NCBI GenBank assembly: GCA_965112735.1
Contig: OZ218951.1
Span: 1,116,001-1,180,000 of the forward strand
Direction: 5' to 3'
DNA from: Phaeosaccion multiseriatum
Taxonomy: Eukaryota > Protista > Ochrophyta, other classes
Length of the DNA: 64,000 nucleotides
Part shown: piece by piece, positions 37,901 to 51,641 of the stretch
Numbering within the stretch: position 1 is the first letter of the stretch
How the letters are laid out: each line of letters begins with the position of its first letter
Made by a program: the position numbers and the translations under genes
Notes under the pieces: generated by a model
What the model was told of the DNA's origin: nothing
Seen by the model: the letters and a program-made list of their open reading frames with translations, nothing else
Databases searched by the model: none

Positions 37901-40900
37901 CCCATGTGAATCTCTGTCCCTCACCCTCTCCTCACTCACCCACTCACCCACTCACTTACTCCTTTCTCATCCACTCACTCACTCACTCACTCACCCACTC
38001 ACCCACTTACTTACTCCTTACTCACACACCCACTTACTCACTCACTCACCCACTCACCCACTCCGTTACTCCCTAACTCACCCACTTTTCTCACTCACTC
38101 TCACTCCTTCCTCATTCCTTCACTCACTCACTCACTCACTCACTCACTCATTCCTTTACTCACTCACTCACTCACTCCTTTACTCACTCAGTCACTCACT
38201 CCCTGACTCACTCACGTGTACACACACGTACACACACACTCATCCCTCCCTCCCTCACTCACTCACTCACCATGAAAAGTACCTCTTCCCGTCAGTGTGC
38301 TCAATGTCGAGCCAAATGACGTCATAAGGCATATCTAAATCCTCGAAGCCCTGATCCACCGTCCTCACATCCTCCATGTCTTTGTAGTTCCATCGGCACT
38401 GGTGATAGCCCAGAGAGAAGAGGGGCGGAAGCTCGGGCCGGCCGGTGAGGCGTGTGTATTGGTCGAGCACCTGAGGCCCCGGGGGGGGGGATAGGGTAGG
38501 ATGGACATGATGGACATGGAGGAGGAGGGGGAGAGGGGAGGATGGAGATAGAAATAGAGAAGGGGGAGAGGGTATGATGGAGATGGAGGAGGAGGAGGAG
38601 GAGGAGGAGGAGGAGGAGGAGGAGGAGGAGGAGGAGGAGGAGGAGGAGGAGGATTGGATGGAGATGGATGAGGAAGGGCAGGAGGGGGAGAGGGTAGGAT
38701 GGAGGTAGAAGTAGAGGAGGGGGAGGAGGGGGAGAGAGTAGGAGGATAGAAAGGAGTAGGAGGTGGTGGTGGGTCGAGGAGCAGAGGCAGCGGGCAATTG
38801 GTTTGTGTACGAGGACACAACTCTGTGTCGTGGGGTCTTGAAAACTTCCTTCAGTTTCGCCTGGAGAGGCAATTCTTACGCCTGCTCGATATCGATACAA
38901 CTGAAACTGCGGACATGGAGGACACACCTTCTTTGGGGAGGGCCCCGGGATGAGCATGAGGTCGATCACGCCACTTTCGCTCATCCAAAACACGGTCGAG
39001 CCTGCTCCTGCTGCTGTATCACCAACTGCCGCCCCGTCGCCGTCCGGTTGGCTCTCCTGTGACACGTCCACAAAGGTCTCGCTGGGGTTGTTCCAGAACA
39101 CGCTGACAAGAGACAGAGAGAGGGTTGGGATGGCAGTAGGTGGGGGAGAGGAGGAGAAGGAGGAGCAGGGGGAGGAGGAGGAGGAGGAGGAGGAGGAGGA
39201 GAAGGAGGAGGAGGAGGAAGAAGAAGGAGAGAGGGGGTGAGTGGGAGGAGACCAGCATATCGTCATAGGAGAAGGTAGGGGCTACCTGACTGGCTGACTG
39301 ACTGACTGACTAACCGACCGACTGACTTCCCTCCTTTCTTCTGTCCTTTCTTTCCTCCCTCCCCCCCTCCCTCCCTCCCTCCCTCCCATTTTTTCTTTCT
39401 TCCTCACCCCGTGGTCTGCCCCAGCTTGTGGCTGAGGACGAGGGGGATGTTTCCATAGAGTGCCATCGGCGAGTCGAGAATGTACTCAAACACGTCGAGA
39501 GTGTACAAGCGGTACGGTTCGGAGTAGCGCGCTCCGGGGCCTGGGGTGAGGGCGGAAGGGTATATATATAGGTATATGGGTATGGGCATATGGGCATGGG
39601 TGAATGGTTACAGGAGCACCTCAACAAAACCTGAAACTGAATCTGAAACCGGACCCATCCCCCTCCCTCCTTCACACACACACAAATTACGTAACTCTTA
39701 GGTTGATTCCCATAAGTCAACACAACACATTCACCCCCTCCCCCCATTGACCTCCTGACCCCTTACCCGTGGTGGATGGCAGAGCCAGGCTCGTGGAGTG
39801 CTCGGGTAGTCCGTACGTGTGCTTGGCGTCGGGGAAATGCACGTCCACACCGACAGACATGGGCCCCCGGGGCTTGCTGTCGGGATGACCGCCGAAACTC
39901 TCCTCCCACAGACCCAGGCTCTTGTCCGGGTCATCGTCTGTTAAGTATGTGTTGTTGGTGTGTTGGTGTGGCGTTCATCATATTTTTGTTGTTGTCATTC
40001 CCTGTGTCATTTGCTCCCTCCCCCCCTGCCTTCCTCCCCTCCCCTCTCTCACCTTCCGACACCCCCCCCGAAGAAGAAGAGCTTCCATCCGCCGCTGCTT
40101 CCGCTTGGACCTGCTGCGCTTGCTGCCCTTTCGCAACCTCCTCCACCTGTCGCTTCCATGTTTCGTGGTCCTCCTTACTCTGTCTGCTGCCATCCGCATA
40201 GATTGCCAGCCCATCCTCTCCGTAATCCACCACTTCCTTTCCCTGGTGTTGATCCGGCACCTCGTACGCTTGCCCCTGTCCTTCCCCAGCGGCCTGCCCC
40301 TGCGATGCCCCTGCTTCCTTGGCCTTGCGGAAGCCTTCGCCCCTCTCCCTCTGCTGTTCAAAGTACAGTGAGCCCTTTGTGTTTGCCGATACAGCCTCTT
40401 CGCCGTTGACGTATAGCTGAGGGGAGAGAGAGGGGGGAGGAGGGGAGAGAGAGGGGGTGAGAGGCGAGAGAGAGAGGGTGAGGGGGAGGGCGACAGGGGA
40501 GGGAGGGAGGGGAAAGGGAAGGGTTGGAGAAAGAGAGCGGGGATGGAGACAGGGGAATTATTTACGCGGAGAGGAAGCGACGCTGCTGTCTGCTCTCCGA
40601 TTGAGAGAGAGAGGGAGAGACACAAAATATAGGGGGCGAGAGGGAGAGGGGGAGAGAGAGAGAGCTAGGGAGTAGAAGATTGAGGAGCCCTGCACCCCGA
40701 AAGCCTCTCGCCTGAGGCCAGACGGAGCGACAATACGGTTGCTGGTCTCCCGCGGGGGGCGGGCGGGGAGCACACGCATACACACGCGCGCACACATGCA
40801 CATAACACACACACGCAACAGCAGCTTCATACGTAGCCTTACGTGTGCCGCGAAGGGGTTGAATGTCACGCTGATGAGCAGACCCTCTCCGTACTTAATG

Positions 40901-42121
40901 TGCACCCCTTCTCCGACGGCGATGCCCCTGAGCCCCTCGGGTAGGGAGGCGTCCCCGGGGGGCACCTCCTCGTGCGAGGTCAGCACCATGTTCTCCTCCA
41001 TTAGCACCTGTGGGTGCGTGCGTGGGCGTAGTAAGTCAATGAACAGGGCAGTCAGTGGGTGGGTGCGTGCGTAGAGTGCGTGGGGTTAATTTTCTTTTTT
41101 CGGAGGTATTGATGCTATATTTATACATTGTAATATATATACATAAAATATATCCCGATGCTTCGTCCTCCCTTCACCGCTTCACCGCTCGCCCCCCAGG
41201 CGTGCTTGGCCCTTGGCCCGTCCTCTCCATACGTACTGTTACGCTACTGAAAGGAAGGTTCGATACGTCTCACTACCGCCATCAGTACAAGTATCAGTTG
41301 GAACGCTCTCACGCACGTACTCACTCACTCACCTCCGGGGCTTCCCACCGAACGTTCTTGGGATGTTTCTCCGTGATGCGCAGTCTGCACACGCCGCTGG
41401 TGAGGCAGCCCACGCTCAGATGGAGGGCCTCGCCACCGTCGGAAGGGATGACGTCAGCTGTGACCCCCTGGGAGGTGTCCACGTGGACGCTGCTGACATC
41501 GACGCGGAACTGGGGGTGGGGGGGGGGGTCGTGTTTGTGTGTGTGTGTGTGGGTGGGTGGGTGGGTGGGTGAGGACAGGCCAAGCCAGCAGAGCAGGAGG
41601 GGGGAGGGCGTCCTCCTCGGGCTTCTTTTGTCAACGAGGATAGACTACACTCGTGAATTCAATTGAGACACAATGAGGCCCTTCCTCCCCGCTGCTGCGT
41701 GGGGGCCCGACGCTTGCTGTCAAGTCATTCATGCCGAAGTGAGTCGGCAAATAGGACGGAAGCACAATGGTGTTCGCCCTCTTTCGACATGGGACAAATC
41801 GTCGTCAAAGAAGCAACATGTGACACCTCTCTCTCTCATTTCTCTCTCTGCAGGCCGTCGATTTGATGACCCTCCTCGCTTCCCCCTTCTTACTCCGTCA
41901 CTCACCGGCACTGACGGGCTTGCTTTGCCCCGATTCCTTCGGCAAAAACCGGTGTCCCCACACGTTCTGAACTTATGCTTGTCCACCGCCATGACCGGCT
42001 GCAACCCTCCCCACCCCTTGCTGCCTCCGAAGCTCACAAATCCCGCCAAAGCCAGGCCGAGGCAGCTGGCTGCTCGGGTGAAGCCCAGCTGCGGAGACAG
42101 AGAGGACGATCGTAAAGACAT
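33346..42121 (-). CDS. GANAB: ER glucosidase II alpha subunit (GH31), multi-exon
   Basis: Signal peptide then [20 protein letters not shown]. Also [38 protein letters not shown], catalytic [19 protein letters not shown] and QPFFRSHAH. Confidence 0.95.
33686..33697 (-). other. Dispersed motif AGTTGGTGATAC, exact copy (GANAB last exon, read as VGDT)
   Basis: Plus strand GGCGTATCACCAACTCC. Confidence 0.9.
35909..35920 (+). other. Dispersed motif AGTTGGTGATAC, exact copy (GANAB intron)
   Basis: Plus strand GCAGCAGTTGGTGATACAGCAGC. Confidence 0.9.
37930..38270 (-). repeat. (GAGT)n-type degenerate microsatellite starting at an intron 5' splice site of GANAB
   Basis: About 340 bp of ACTC/ACCC/ACTT units on the plus strand, beginning at the GTGAGT donor at 38270. 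Confidence 0.85.
39016..39027 (-). other. Dispersed motif AGTTGGTGATAC, exact copy (GANAB exon, read as AVGDTA)
   Basis: Plus strand CTGCTGTATCACCAACTGC. Confidence 0.9.
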
Positions 42122-42871
42122 TGAGGTATGTCTTGCTTAGTCGGGAGCACGTGAGCTTCCTCCTTCTTGATATCCTTCCTCTCCTCTTGCTATTGGTGTG
42201 CTCTGCTGCTGTTGCTCCTGTTGGTGTAGAGGTGAGCAGGGAGCAAAGGATTTCAGCAAAAAGGGGGGGGAGTGAGAGAAGATCGTTGAGGACAAGCGCT
42301 GTCGGTAGGGGGGCGGAGGGATAGCAAACGCAGCACAGTGTGATTGAGCTGCTTGATGCGAAGATGGATGAGATGGAACTCTGAGTACGGGAGGAGAATC
42401 GAGGAAGGGGAGAAAAGGGGAGAGGGTCGCAGGGTTGCCAAGGATTCACCTGAGCAGAAGGAGAGCCACCAGCTCTCAGCAGAATATCATACTCTCCCGA
42501 GTAGCCTGCAGCATCTTCAGCCTCTCCTCCTCCTCGTTGCTGAGTGTATGGTACCCCTCTCGCCGCGGAGAAGCAGAAGTCAAATCCGATCTAACGGAGT
42601 GGGAGTGTGAGTTTCAGCCCTCTCGTTCTGAGGCACGGGAGATCTCATTGCTCGGTTTAGTCCCTCTGCACCCGCTCACCTCCCAGCCCTCTACGTACAC
42701 AGGAAGAGGGAGACACTAAGGATCCGCGCCCAGGATTGGTTGGGCTTCGCGCCTCTTGTTCTCCCGCTTGGCCTTACCTTCACAGCGCGGACTGCCTCCC
42801 CCCTGCCTCTCGACCAAGAGAGTTAACTCGAGAAGGAGGAGGAGGGAGAGGAGGCAGGCAGCAGCAGCAGC

Positions 42872-43204
42872 ATGGCGAAGCATCACCCCGACTTGGTCAT
42901 GTGTAGAAAACAGCCGGGCATTGCCATCGGGCGGCTGTGTGAGAAGTGTGACGGCAAGTGTGTCATCTGCGATAGCTATGTGCGACCGGCGACGCTCGTC
43001 CACATTTGCGACGAGTGCAACTACGGCTCCTACGAGGGGAGGTGTGTCATTTGTGGAGGACCGGGAATCTCAGACGCTTATTACTGTAGAGAGTGCACAC
43101 AAGTAGAGAAGGACAGAGACGGCTGTCCAAAGATTGTCAATCTGGGGACGAGTAAGACGGACTTGTTCTACGAGCGGAAGAAGTATGGCTTCAAACAACG
43201 GTAG
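42872..43204 (+). CDS. PHF5A: PHD finger-like domain protein 5A (SF3b subunit, Rds3), intronless, 110 aa
   Basis: Near-invariant sequence [39 protein letters not shown]...[12 protein letters not shown]. Confidence 0.98.
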   Translation: MAKHHPDLVMCRKQPGIAIGRLCEKCDGKCVICDSYVRPATLVHICDECNYGSYEGRCVICGGPGISDAYYCRECTQVEKDRDGCPKIVNLGTSKTDLFYERKKYGFKQR

Positions 43205-44618
43205 CCCCAGCACCCCCTGTGCCCCCCCCTGGTTCAGTTTTGTACGTGGGAGGCAACAGCAGCGGTACGGTGGCAGCGGTATCGGCGTCGCAGTGCTCTA
43301 CACTGCGTTGGGGGCTTGGGGGAGAGTCATTGCAGGCTGGGGGGGAATTGGTAAGAGGGGCGGACGGTGCCAGGGAGGAACGAAGGCGGAGAGGACGAGA
43401 ATGTCTCTGCTGTTACATGCATATAGAGGGCGGGAGGCTCCGCGGCCTTCGCAAAGTCTGTGGATGAAGTATGTATGCCACCCTTCAGCTGGGGAGAGAC
43501 CCCTCTGGGAAGGGGGCGACGTCACACACCCTGAGCGGCTTCCGGCGCGCCACTTTCCGCTTGCCGCGGTGGGGGATTCATGACTATGGAAGGGACTAAT
43601 GAGTAGCGCTCGATCATGAAACAGCTTGACTACAATATAAGTAACTTTCAAGACGTTTAGTATGTTTTTTTTTTTTGAACAGGAGAGTGGGAAGAAAAGC
43701 GAGTGTTTCGTCTTCCCCCCAGCCCCTTCTCTTGCTGCTGCTTCACTCTTCGATCCAGCCCCTCCTAAGTAGCCTATTCCTGCTTCATGGGGGAAGGAGT
43801 GGTACCACCACGACACCCTGAGAGCACTCCCATGTTGTCGCCGCCATCCCTCCTGCGCTCCAGCCTCTCTAGAGCCAAGAGCCTCACTGGAGGCCACATA
43901 CCCCAGCCACAGTGACCGTGCAAGGCCGAGCTTGACCACGTCACAGACGGAAAGGGAGCATAGCTTGCAGCCGGCAGTGGGCCAGTCAAAGCAGCAACAG
44001 CAGCAGCGGCAGGCCCACTTCTCTCGTGGCCCGTGGTGGCGCTCCAGTGACGCTGGCTGGCGGGGCTCACACACTCTGCACTCTGCTCTCTTGCCCTCTG
44101 CTGGCGGCCCAGATTTGCCGTTCTCAGTCCATGTGAGCGTAGCGTGCGTACAATGACGTCCAGTTATTCTACCACGCAATTTCGGTTCGCAAGGAAGGCC
44201 CTGACCGTCCTGGCTGACTGGCCTGGCCTAACCTGGACCACAAGCGAAGGCTCGGAAGACTACTTTGAAGACCACAGTGAAGAGGCAGAGGCTGTTTCTC
44301 TCCCCCCGTGTCGGCAAATGGTCGCCACTTGCGTGCCCGTGAGAGCACTTAGGATCACCGTGCCGTCGAGGTGGCGGGAGAGCCTGGTCTACATGCCCCT
44401 ACCTTCTCGTCGTGTAGCCGCCTCTACTACCGCCACCGCGGCTCCTGGCGTTTGCTTGCTCGCTGGAGAGGCAGACGGAGACTTCAGTACGCATGGAGTG
44501 CCATCAAAAAGCCGGCCGGGCGGTGACTCCCGCCCTTCCTGTCCTTCTCTCTCGTTGTCTCCCATCAGTCTCTCTCAGTCTGTCGTTCTCTTTCCTGTGA
44601 TGGCGTCAGTGTGCTCAG

Positions 44619-46596
44619 TCACGATGGGGCATGAGGAGGAAGGGGAAGGGGCAGGGGCAGAGTGCACTCCTCGTCGACAATAACCTTCACGGGGCCGTAC
44701 ACGCGCTCCAGCGTAGCTCTCACTTGCGAGAAGATGGCCGCGACCCTCTCTGGAGGCGTGAAGCCGTCTCCCTGCGACAAGGCAATGGTAATCAAACCGG
44801 GCCTCCCTCCTCCGACAGTCGTGCTGCTGGTGCTACTGCTGCTGGTGCTACTGCTGGTGTTGCTTCCGTCTAGGGCCACGGAGGGGAGCGTGGCGGTGGG
44901 GGAGGTGTCGGGTGCCATCCGGAGGAGGAGCCCCTCGAGCAGGTGCTCCATTTCAGTGATCATTGCCGACACTTGCTCGTCGGTGCTGATGTGGTGCGGC
45001 AGACACACGCAGTACTCAAAGTCTAGGAGGAGGGCACGCTGCTCCTCAGAGAGCAGACGCAGCACCGCTCGGAAGCGTGTGAGGAGAGCTACCCCTTCCC
45101 CGTCAGGATAGAGCTCTGCCAGCTCCGTCGATATCCGACATACCTCCTCTCCTTCCTCTCCTTCCTCTCGTCCATGCTGTTGCTGCTGCTGCTGCTGCGG
45201 CGGTGGCTCTCCCGTTGTCCCTTCACTTCCCAGCGCTTGATCGACGCCCACGGCTCGAACCAGAGCAGCGACCAGAGTCCTAAACGCCGCCTCGTCCTTG
45301 ATTTGCTGTGCGTGCGGGAGGCAAGTGTGCGCCCCTCGAAACTTTGGTCGCGCATAGACGTTGAAGACAGTATTCACCGCTACCAAGCTTCTCGCTTCCC
45401 TGACTGCTGCATGAGGGGGGTACTTTGGAAGCCCCCCTTCGTCTTCTTCCCCTTCTTCTTCCTCTTCACCCCCACCCTCACCCCCACCCTCTCCGCCTGC
45501 TGCTGCTGCTCCTGTCGTTATGAAGACTCTTCTGAACATATTCAACAACTCTTCGCGGAAGGGGTTCGCGGTGACAAAGTAGTCCAGGCAAATATCCAGA
45601 ACCCAGGCAGCCCCCCCCCCGTCTCCCAGCAGCAGGCCGCGAGCCGCCCCCGCAAAGTCTGCTCCCTCCATAGAGGTAGGGCCTCTTCCCCCCACTACTC
45701 CGTCCTCGCACCCTCCCCCCCGGCCCTGCCGCTGTCGGAACCCCTCCCCCTCCCCCTCCTCGGCCTTAGTGGGAGCCCCTATGGATACCTTCTCCCCCCA
45801 CTCAGTGCCGCCGGGCACCACTTGGCCTCCCTGCGGTAAGAGGTCGCAGCATGGGCACACCAGGACCTCTACACGCTTAACGTTGTCCATGTCCGTCTCT
45901 GGGCAGAAGAGTTGGTCATCCACGAAGTAAGGTGCCTCGGATGCAACGCGGCACAAGCCCTCGTCCTTCCTCCTCGTCTTCTTCGGGTTGCCATCACAAA
46001 CGCAGTCGCTTTCGTCGTCTGCTGTCTTCACCCGACCCACCGGGATGACACTACGGCCGTCCTTAGCACAGAGGGGGGATAGGATAACCGAGGGGAGGGG
46101 GTAGTGAGAGGGGAAGGGGGGGGGGGTTGGTCATAGGTAGAGAGAGAGGGGGGCCCAAGATACCTTAAATTGGTCGGACCAAGGGGAGCGGACCCAGACC
46201 AGGCGAGTAAGGTGCCCCTCGTACACGAGAGGGAGTATCCACTCCGCGATGCCACCTTCTGATTCCTCCAAGGCGCGGTAGAGCTCTTGTGGGCGGAAGC
46301 AGACCTGGGCAGCATCGAAGGTGTGAGGCATCATCAAAGGTAGGGTCCATCTGGACGACGGAAGAGAGGCAGCCCCCCCCCCTGCCTTATGAAGGAGAGA
46401 GAGGCAAAACCCACCCTTGACCAACCTGAGCAGGCATATCCGCGGTTACCATCAAGTCCGGGTGTGCGTCGAAGTGGAGCATGGAGATCGTCTCGGGGAG
46501 CAGCTTGCGTCTCATGTGGCCATGGATCTTCTGCAGAGCGTCGCAGTGGTCCTCCACGACATGGCACTCCAGCATTGCAGCCCCCTTTCTCCTCAC
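44619..46596 (-). CDS. UPF0489 family protein (C5orf22-like), 3 exons
   Basis: [59 protein letters not shown] and [13 protein letters not shown]; GT-AG introns. Confidence 0.85.
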
Positions 46597-46754
46597 TGGG
46601 AGGACTTATCGTACCTATCGGTCCTCTCCCGCGAGTTTTGAGACAAGATTTTTACTATTAGCGTGGCGATGGCACCAGAGGATGGCTGTGCCTGTGCAAA
46701 AAAGCAAAAGGGGTTAAATAACAAAAAAGAGGGAGAGGAGGCAGTGCGGGGAGG

Positions 46755-48411
46755 ATGTCCAAGCGCAAAGCATGGAACGCTACCATGCAAGCCAGTGGCT
46801 ATGTGCGCCCGGACAAGAAAGGGAAGCGCGCCTCAGGTACGGAAGGATTTCAGCTTGCTTTGTGCTGCCTCTGCCACCTGCGTCTTGACAAGTCTTTGTG
46901 CCTTCCCGTCTCCTCATCACTCTCCCTCACCCTCTCCGGTGGAATGCATATGTCCTCCTGTCCCTTCTTCAGGGCGTCAAACGGTGCTGAGCAAGACGAT
47001 GAGGGTAGTGGACGAGGAGACGAGGAAGGCCGTGTGGGACTCCCAGCTGGACGCGCTGGAGGCAGACAATTATACGGAGGAGGTGTGTGAGTGTGTGTGT
47101 GTGCGTGTGTGTGGAGAGAGCTGAACGCAAAGGAGGAAAGGCGAAGAACGGAAAGTCCAGAGATGGTCCAATCACGGCGATACAGGGATGAGAGTGGAAA
47201 GCAGAGATTGAGGGTTGCGATTGGGCTCTACCCCGTGAGGCGTTCTTGCGCTCTTCCGTCGTGCTCCTCTTCCGACCTCCTATTGAGCGAGTAGAGGAGG
47301 GGGCAGTCTGAAGCACCCCCGTCTCAATCTCGCTATCTCGTGCGGATTACCACCGCTGCTGCTTGTATGTCCCTCTCATCCTCTGCCCCGGCCCGACCCC
47401 GCCCCTTGTGTCTGTCCGTCGCAGGCGGATGGAGACAGTGACGACGAGTTTATGAACGAGGATGTGGTCGAAGGAGTGGGGGGACTGGACGAGCGGCAGG
47501 CGAGAATTAAGGAGCGGAAGCACAGGAAGGCGACTGGAGGGGCAGCCATCTTGGGACAGCCTGCGGGCGGTGCGGGAGGGGGTGGCAGGAAAAGTGAGTG
47601 AGCTGAATGATTTGAATGAGTGCGTAATAGATTGTCCGCGAGCGAGTGGGTGAGTAAAGGAGGGAGTGAGTGAGTAAGTGTGTGAGCAAACGAGGAAGGG
47701 AGGGCGGGAGTGAGCTGATTGGGCGAGTGAATGAAGCTGAGTGAGTGAGTGAGCTGAGCTGAAGCTGAATGAGTGCCCGACTGACTGACTGACTGACTGA
47801 CTAACTGACCGACTGACTGCCTGACCGGCTGACTGACTCAGTAAAATACTGGGGATATTGCGCGTGACGGTCAGCGCAACATCCCTTCTGGAAGGAAGGC
47901 CTCCTCTTATTCGCTCATGTTTCACAGAGAGCCCTGCCCTGAGCTATGGAAAGGCCCCTCCACCGTATCTCCGCTGGAGCTTTCGTCCATATGCAACTAT
48001 CATATCCCCTCCGCCTGCCCCACTCACTCCGCTTTGAGATGGTTTTCGTTCCCCTTTCCAACGCTTTGCCTCCTTCCCCCCCTCTCACCCCTCCCGCGCG
48101 CACGCACGCACACATCCCCACAACACACACACGACAAAACAGACAAGACCCAATGGAAGAAGCGCAACTTTCGGAGCCTAAGTCAGGTGGTGTTCGAAAT
48201 GGTGAACGAGGACGAAGTTGCCCGAAACGATGCCGGCTTGCCCACCTACACGTCCATCGCAGCTCCGGAGTCCACCCTTCCACCGCGCCACTTTTGCTCC
48301 GTGTGCGGCTTCTGGGGCCTGTACTCTTGCACTCGATGTGGCACTCGCTTCTGCAGCGGAAAGTGCCAGGCGCACCACAAGGAGACGCGGTGCCTCAAGT
48401 TCTCGGCGTAG
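46755..48411 (+). CDS. ZNHIT1: Zinc finger HIT domain protein 1 / SWR1 complex subunit 6 (Vps71/SWC6), about 4 exons; start at 46755 or 46785
   Basis: LDALEADNY motif and C-terminal zf-HIT PPRHFCSVCGFWGLYSCTRCGTRFCSGKCQAHHKETRC. Confidence 0.9.
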
Positions 48412-48756
48412 TGGATGATGCACTGCACTTACCTACAAGATGAATAGATCGAGAGAGGGGGATTGGGGGGGGGGGGGGTGAGGATGTGGGGACCGGAACC
48501 ACGTACCTCACCGCTCGTGTATGTATGTAGACAAGAGCCCGTGCGAGTGTGAACTCTGGGTGTATGTGCATAATAGATTGAAGGAGCAGAGCGTTTTTTT
48601 AATGAAGAGAAAGGAATACCTTCCACCAACTAGAGATAAGCTACTTGAGCCCACTATATATACATATTATACATTCTTCGCCTGCTGAGCCTGGGGCCTG
48701 GTAGCGGGCCCCGCCACCAGTGGTCTGGTGCTCTGCCAGTACACTGCCCACCTCTT

Positions 48757-51553
48757 TTACCTGCTCGGCACGACAGCACTCCCCGCCGCTCGCCTTCCCT
48801 CCGACAACACCCCTGCGCCCTCGTTATCACCACCATCGTCGTGATCACGACCACCAGCAGCAGCAGCCGGAGGAGCCCAAGAAGCTGCTGTGGCGCTGCT
48901 ATTAGCGCTGCTGCCGCTGCTGCTCATGCTCGTGACTCCATTGCCCTCCTGTTCCTCCCCCCCCTCCCCGCCCCCATCTCCGTCCACAACCTGCAGCACC
49001 CCCCCCCCTCCTTTGCTCCCGTCCTTCCCTTCCCTCTCCTCCCCACCCCCCCCCAGCAACCGCACCGCCTTGAGGACAGAGTTGGCCTTGAGGAGCATCT
49101 CCTCGTACTCAGAGGTCACATCGGACATTGCCGTCACCGCCCCCCCCGCCCCCACAGTCACCCGTCCATCGGGCTGGGCCACTGCTGTGCGGATAACAAT
49201 GTTGAGCTCGCTGGAGCCGTCCACGCCCATAAAACCGAGGCTGCCGCTGTACACCCCCCGGGGTTGGCCTGAGGGGATGAGGAGCGGGGCGGGGCGGGGG
49301 CGTGAGTCGAAAGTTCCAAGGGGAAAAGAAACACGCCGGCAGCTCCTCCTCCTCCTCCTCCTCCTCCTCCTCCTCCTCCTCCTCCTCCTCCTCCTCCTCC
49401 TCCTCCCTCCTCCTCAGCCCCATTCCCCCTCCCCCTCTCTCTCCGTCTGCCTCCCTCTCTCCCTCACCCTCTCTCCCTCCCTCTCTCCCTCTCCCCCTCT
49501 CCCTCTCCCCCCCTCCCTCCCCCCCGCTCAATCCACTCTCTCCTCTCACTCACCTTCCTCCAAGTGGTCGATTATCTCCAACGTACGCCGCTTCGGAGAC
49601 CCCGTCATGGAGCCCCCCGGGAAAGACGCCGCCAACACATCCACCACATCTACTCCGGGCAACAACTGGCCCTCTATCTTGGATACCAACTGGTGCACAT
49701 TGGCGTAGCTCTCTACATGCATCAGGTCTGGCACACGTACAGACCCCACTTCGCAGACCCTTCCCAGATCGTTTCGTACCAGGTCCACAATCATAAGGTT
49801 CTCTGCGATGACCTGTGGAGGATAGGATATGGGGTATGTAGAGTATAAGGCACAGGGGATGGGGTGTAGGGTATAAAGTGTCAAGGACACAGGGTATAGG
49901 GTATGGAGGGAAAGCGCACAGAGGCAACAGGGTAAATAGTAAAGGAATGAAAGTGTTAGGTATGGAGGATAAGGTACACCCAGACTAACCTTCTCGGAGG
50001 TGAGCAGCTCGTCCGCGAGGGCGGCGTCTTGCTCTGGAGTGGCCCCCCGGGGGTTGGTGCCCTTAATGGGCTTCGACTCCGCCAGGCCTGCTCGGTTGAT
50101 GCGAAGGAACTTCTCTGGGCTGCTGCAGCAGAGGGCGAAGGAAGGACCCCCTCCCTCCTCTCCTTGCCCCTCTCCCTGTCCTTCCTTGGCCTCTCTACCG
50201 ACGAGCGCCCTTCCGCCTCCGGTAGTAGTCCCTGCTGTATCACCAACTGCTGTATCCTGCTGTTGGTAGGGAGTGAAGCGGCGCTGAGGATCATGCTTGA
50301 TGAAGGCAGCGTACGGAGCAGGGTTGCTTCTTCGCAGCAGCAAGTACAGGTCCAACGGAGCCTTGTCCCGAGGCAGGCCCTGCTCGGTTTCCAATTGATT
50401 GGTCAGGCAGACTTCATACGTTTCCCCCCTGCCGATGAGGTCAATGCACTCTCGAAGGTTGTCCTCATACGTCTTTCGGGACCGATTTGAACGACACACG
50501 GCGAGAGGCCGAGGTCGAAGCCGTGGTGTCTGCTGCTCCTTTTGTTCCGCCTTCTTCCCCTGCTCCTCCTCCTCCTTCATCCCCCCGGCTTCAGAAACAG
50601 TTTGCTGTCCCTGTGATGCCGCGAGCAAGGAGATTCTCGAGGCCGTCTCCTCAATCCAAGCCCTCGCCTCTCCCTCCTCCTCCTCCTCCTCCTCCTCCTC
50701 CTCCCTCTGCTGCTGCTCCTCCTGTTGTTGATTCTCGTCCTTCTTGGTGCCACCATCCCGCACTAAAGCCACAGCATAGGCTCGCTGCGTCTCATGGTCG
50801 TATGCAACGAATCGATTGGCAAAGACCCAAAAAGCCGTCGGCACATCAGGTCTCCCTGTCTGTGCTGCTGCAGCCCCTGCTTGTGCCCCTTCTCCTAACT
50901 CTCCCTCTCCACCATCCACTGCTTGGAGCTCCTCATGTTGCCATGTCCATGCCTGCCCGCCGGTGTGGGAGAGCACCGCTGCCGTTTCGTGTCTAAGCTC
51001 GTAGCCAAAGTAGCCCACGTATCCCCCAACAAAGGGGAAAGGAAGTTCCTCACGTTCTTCCTCCGCCTCCTCCTCCTCCTCGCTTGCTGTTGTATCCCCA
51101 ACTTCTGCAGCTGATGTTGCACCCTTTTGGCCAATCCTTCGGGCAGTGACACCACCGACCCTGTTGCCCCGCGCTCCACCGCCGCCTTTCGAGATGATCC
51201 TGCCCTCACTGCTGCCGCTACCCCCGTTACCATTCCAGCCTTCAATCTGTCGTTTCAGAAAGTCAAGGAGACGGCCTCTCAGCACTTCCTTCCTTCCCGT
51301 GTCGGCATCAGTGGTCACCACCTCACCCACACCCGCCTCCTTGTCTTGAAGGTAGTACTCTGTATGGATGGGGGTGGTGGTGGTGGGGAGGGGGGGCGCG
51401 ACCACAAACAACGGCAAGGGGGTGAGGGGTGAAAAAGAAAGGCGAGGAGGAGGTTGGAGAGAAGAGGAAGGAGCAGGGGAAACGAGGAGAAGGACGAGGG
51501 GAAGGAGTGGAAGTAGTAAATAGTGGTAGTGGAAGTAGTAAAGAGTGGTAGTG

Positions 51554-51641
<88 letters not shown>

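Noticed and set aside
43298-44683. ORFs of 293 aa (-) and 179 aa (+) between PHF5A and UPF0489
   Set aside because: No recognisable domain or splice structure; treated as UTR or intergenic, though a gene cannot be excluded.
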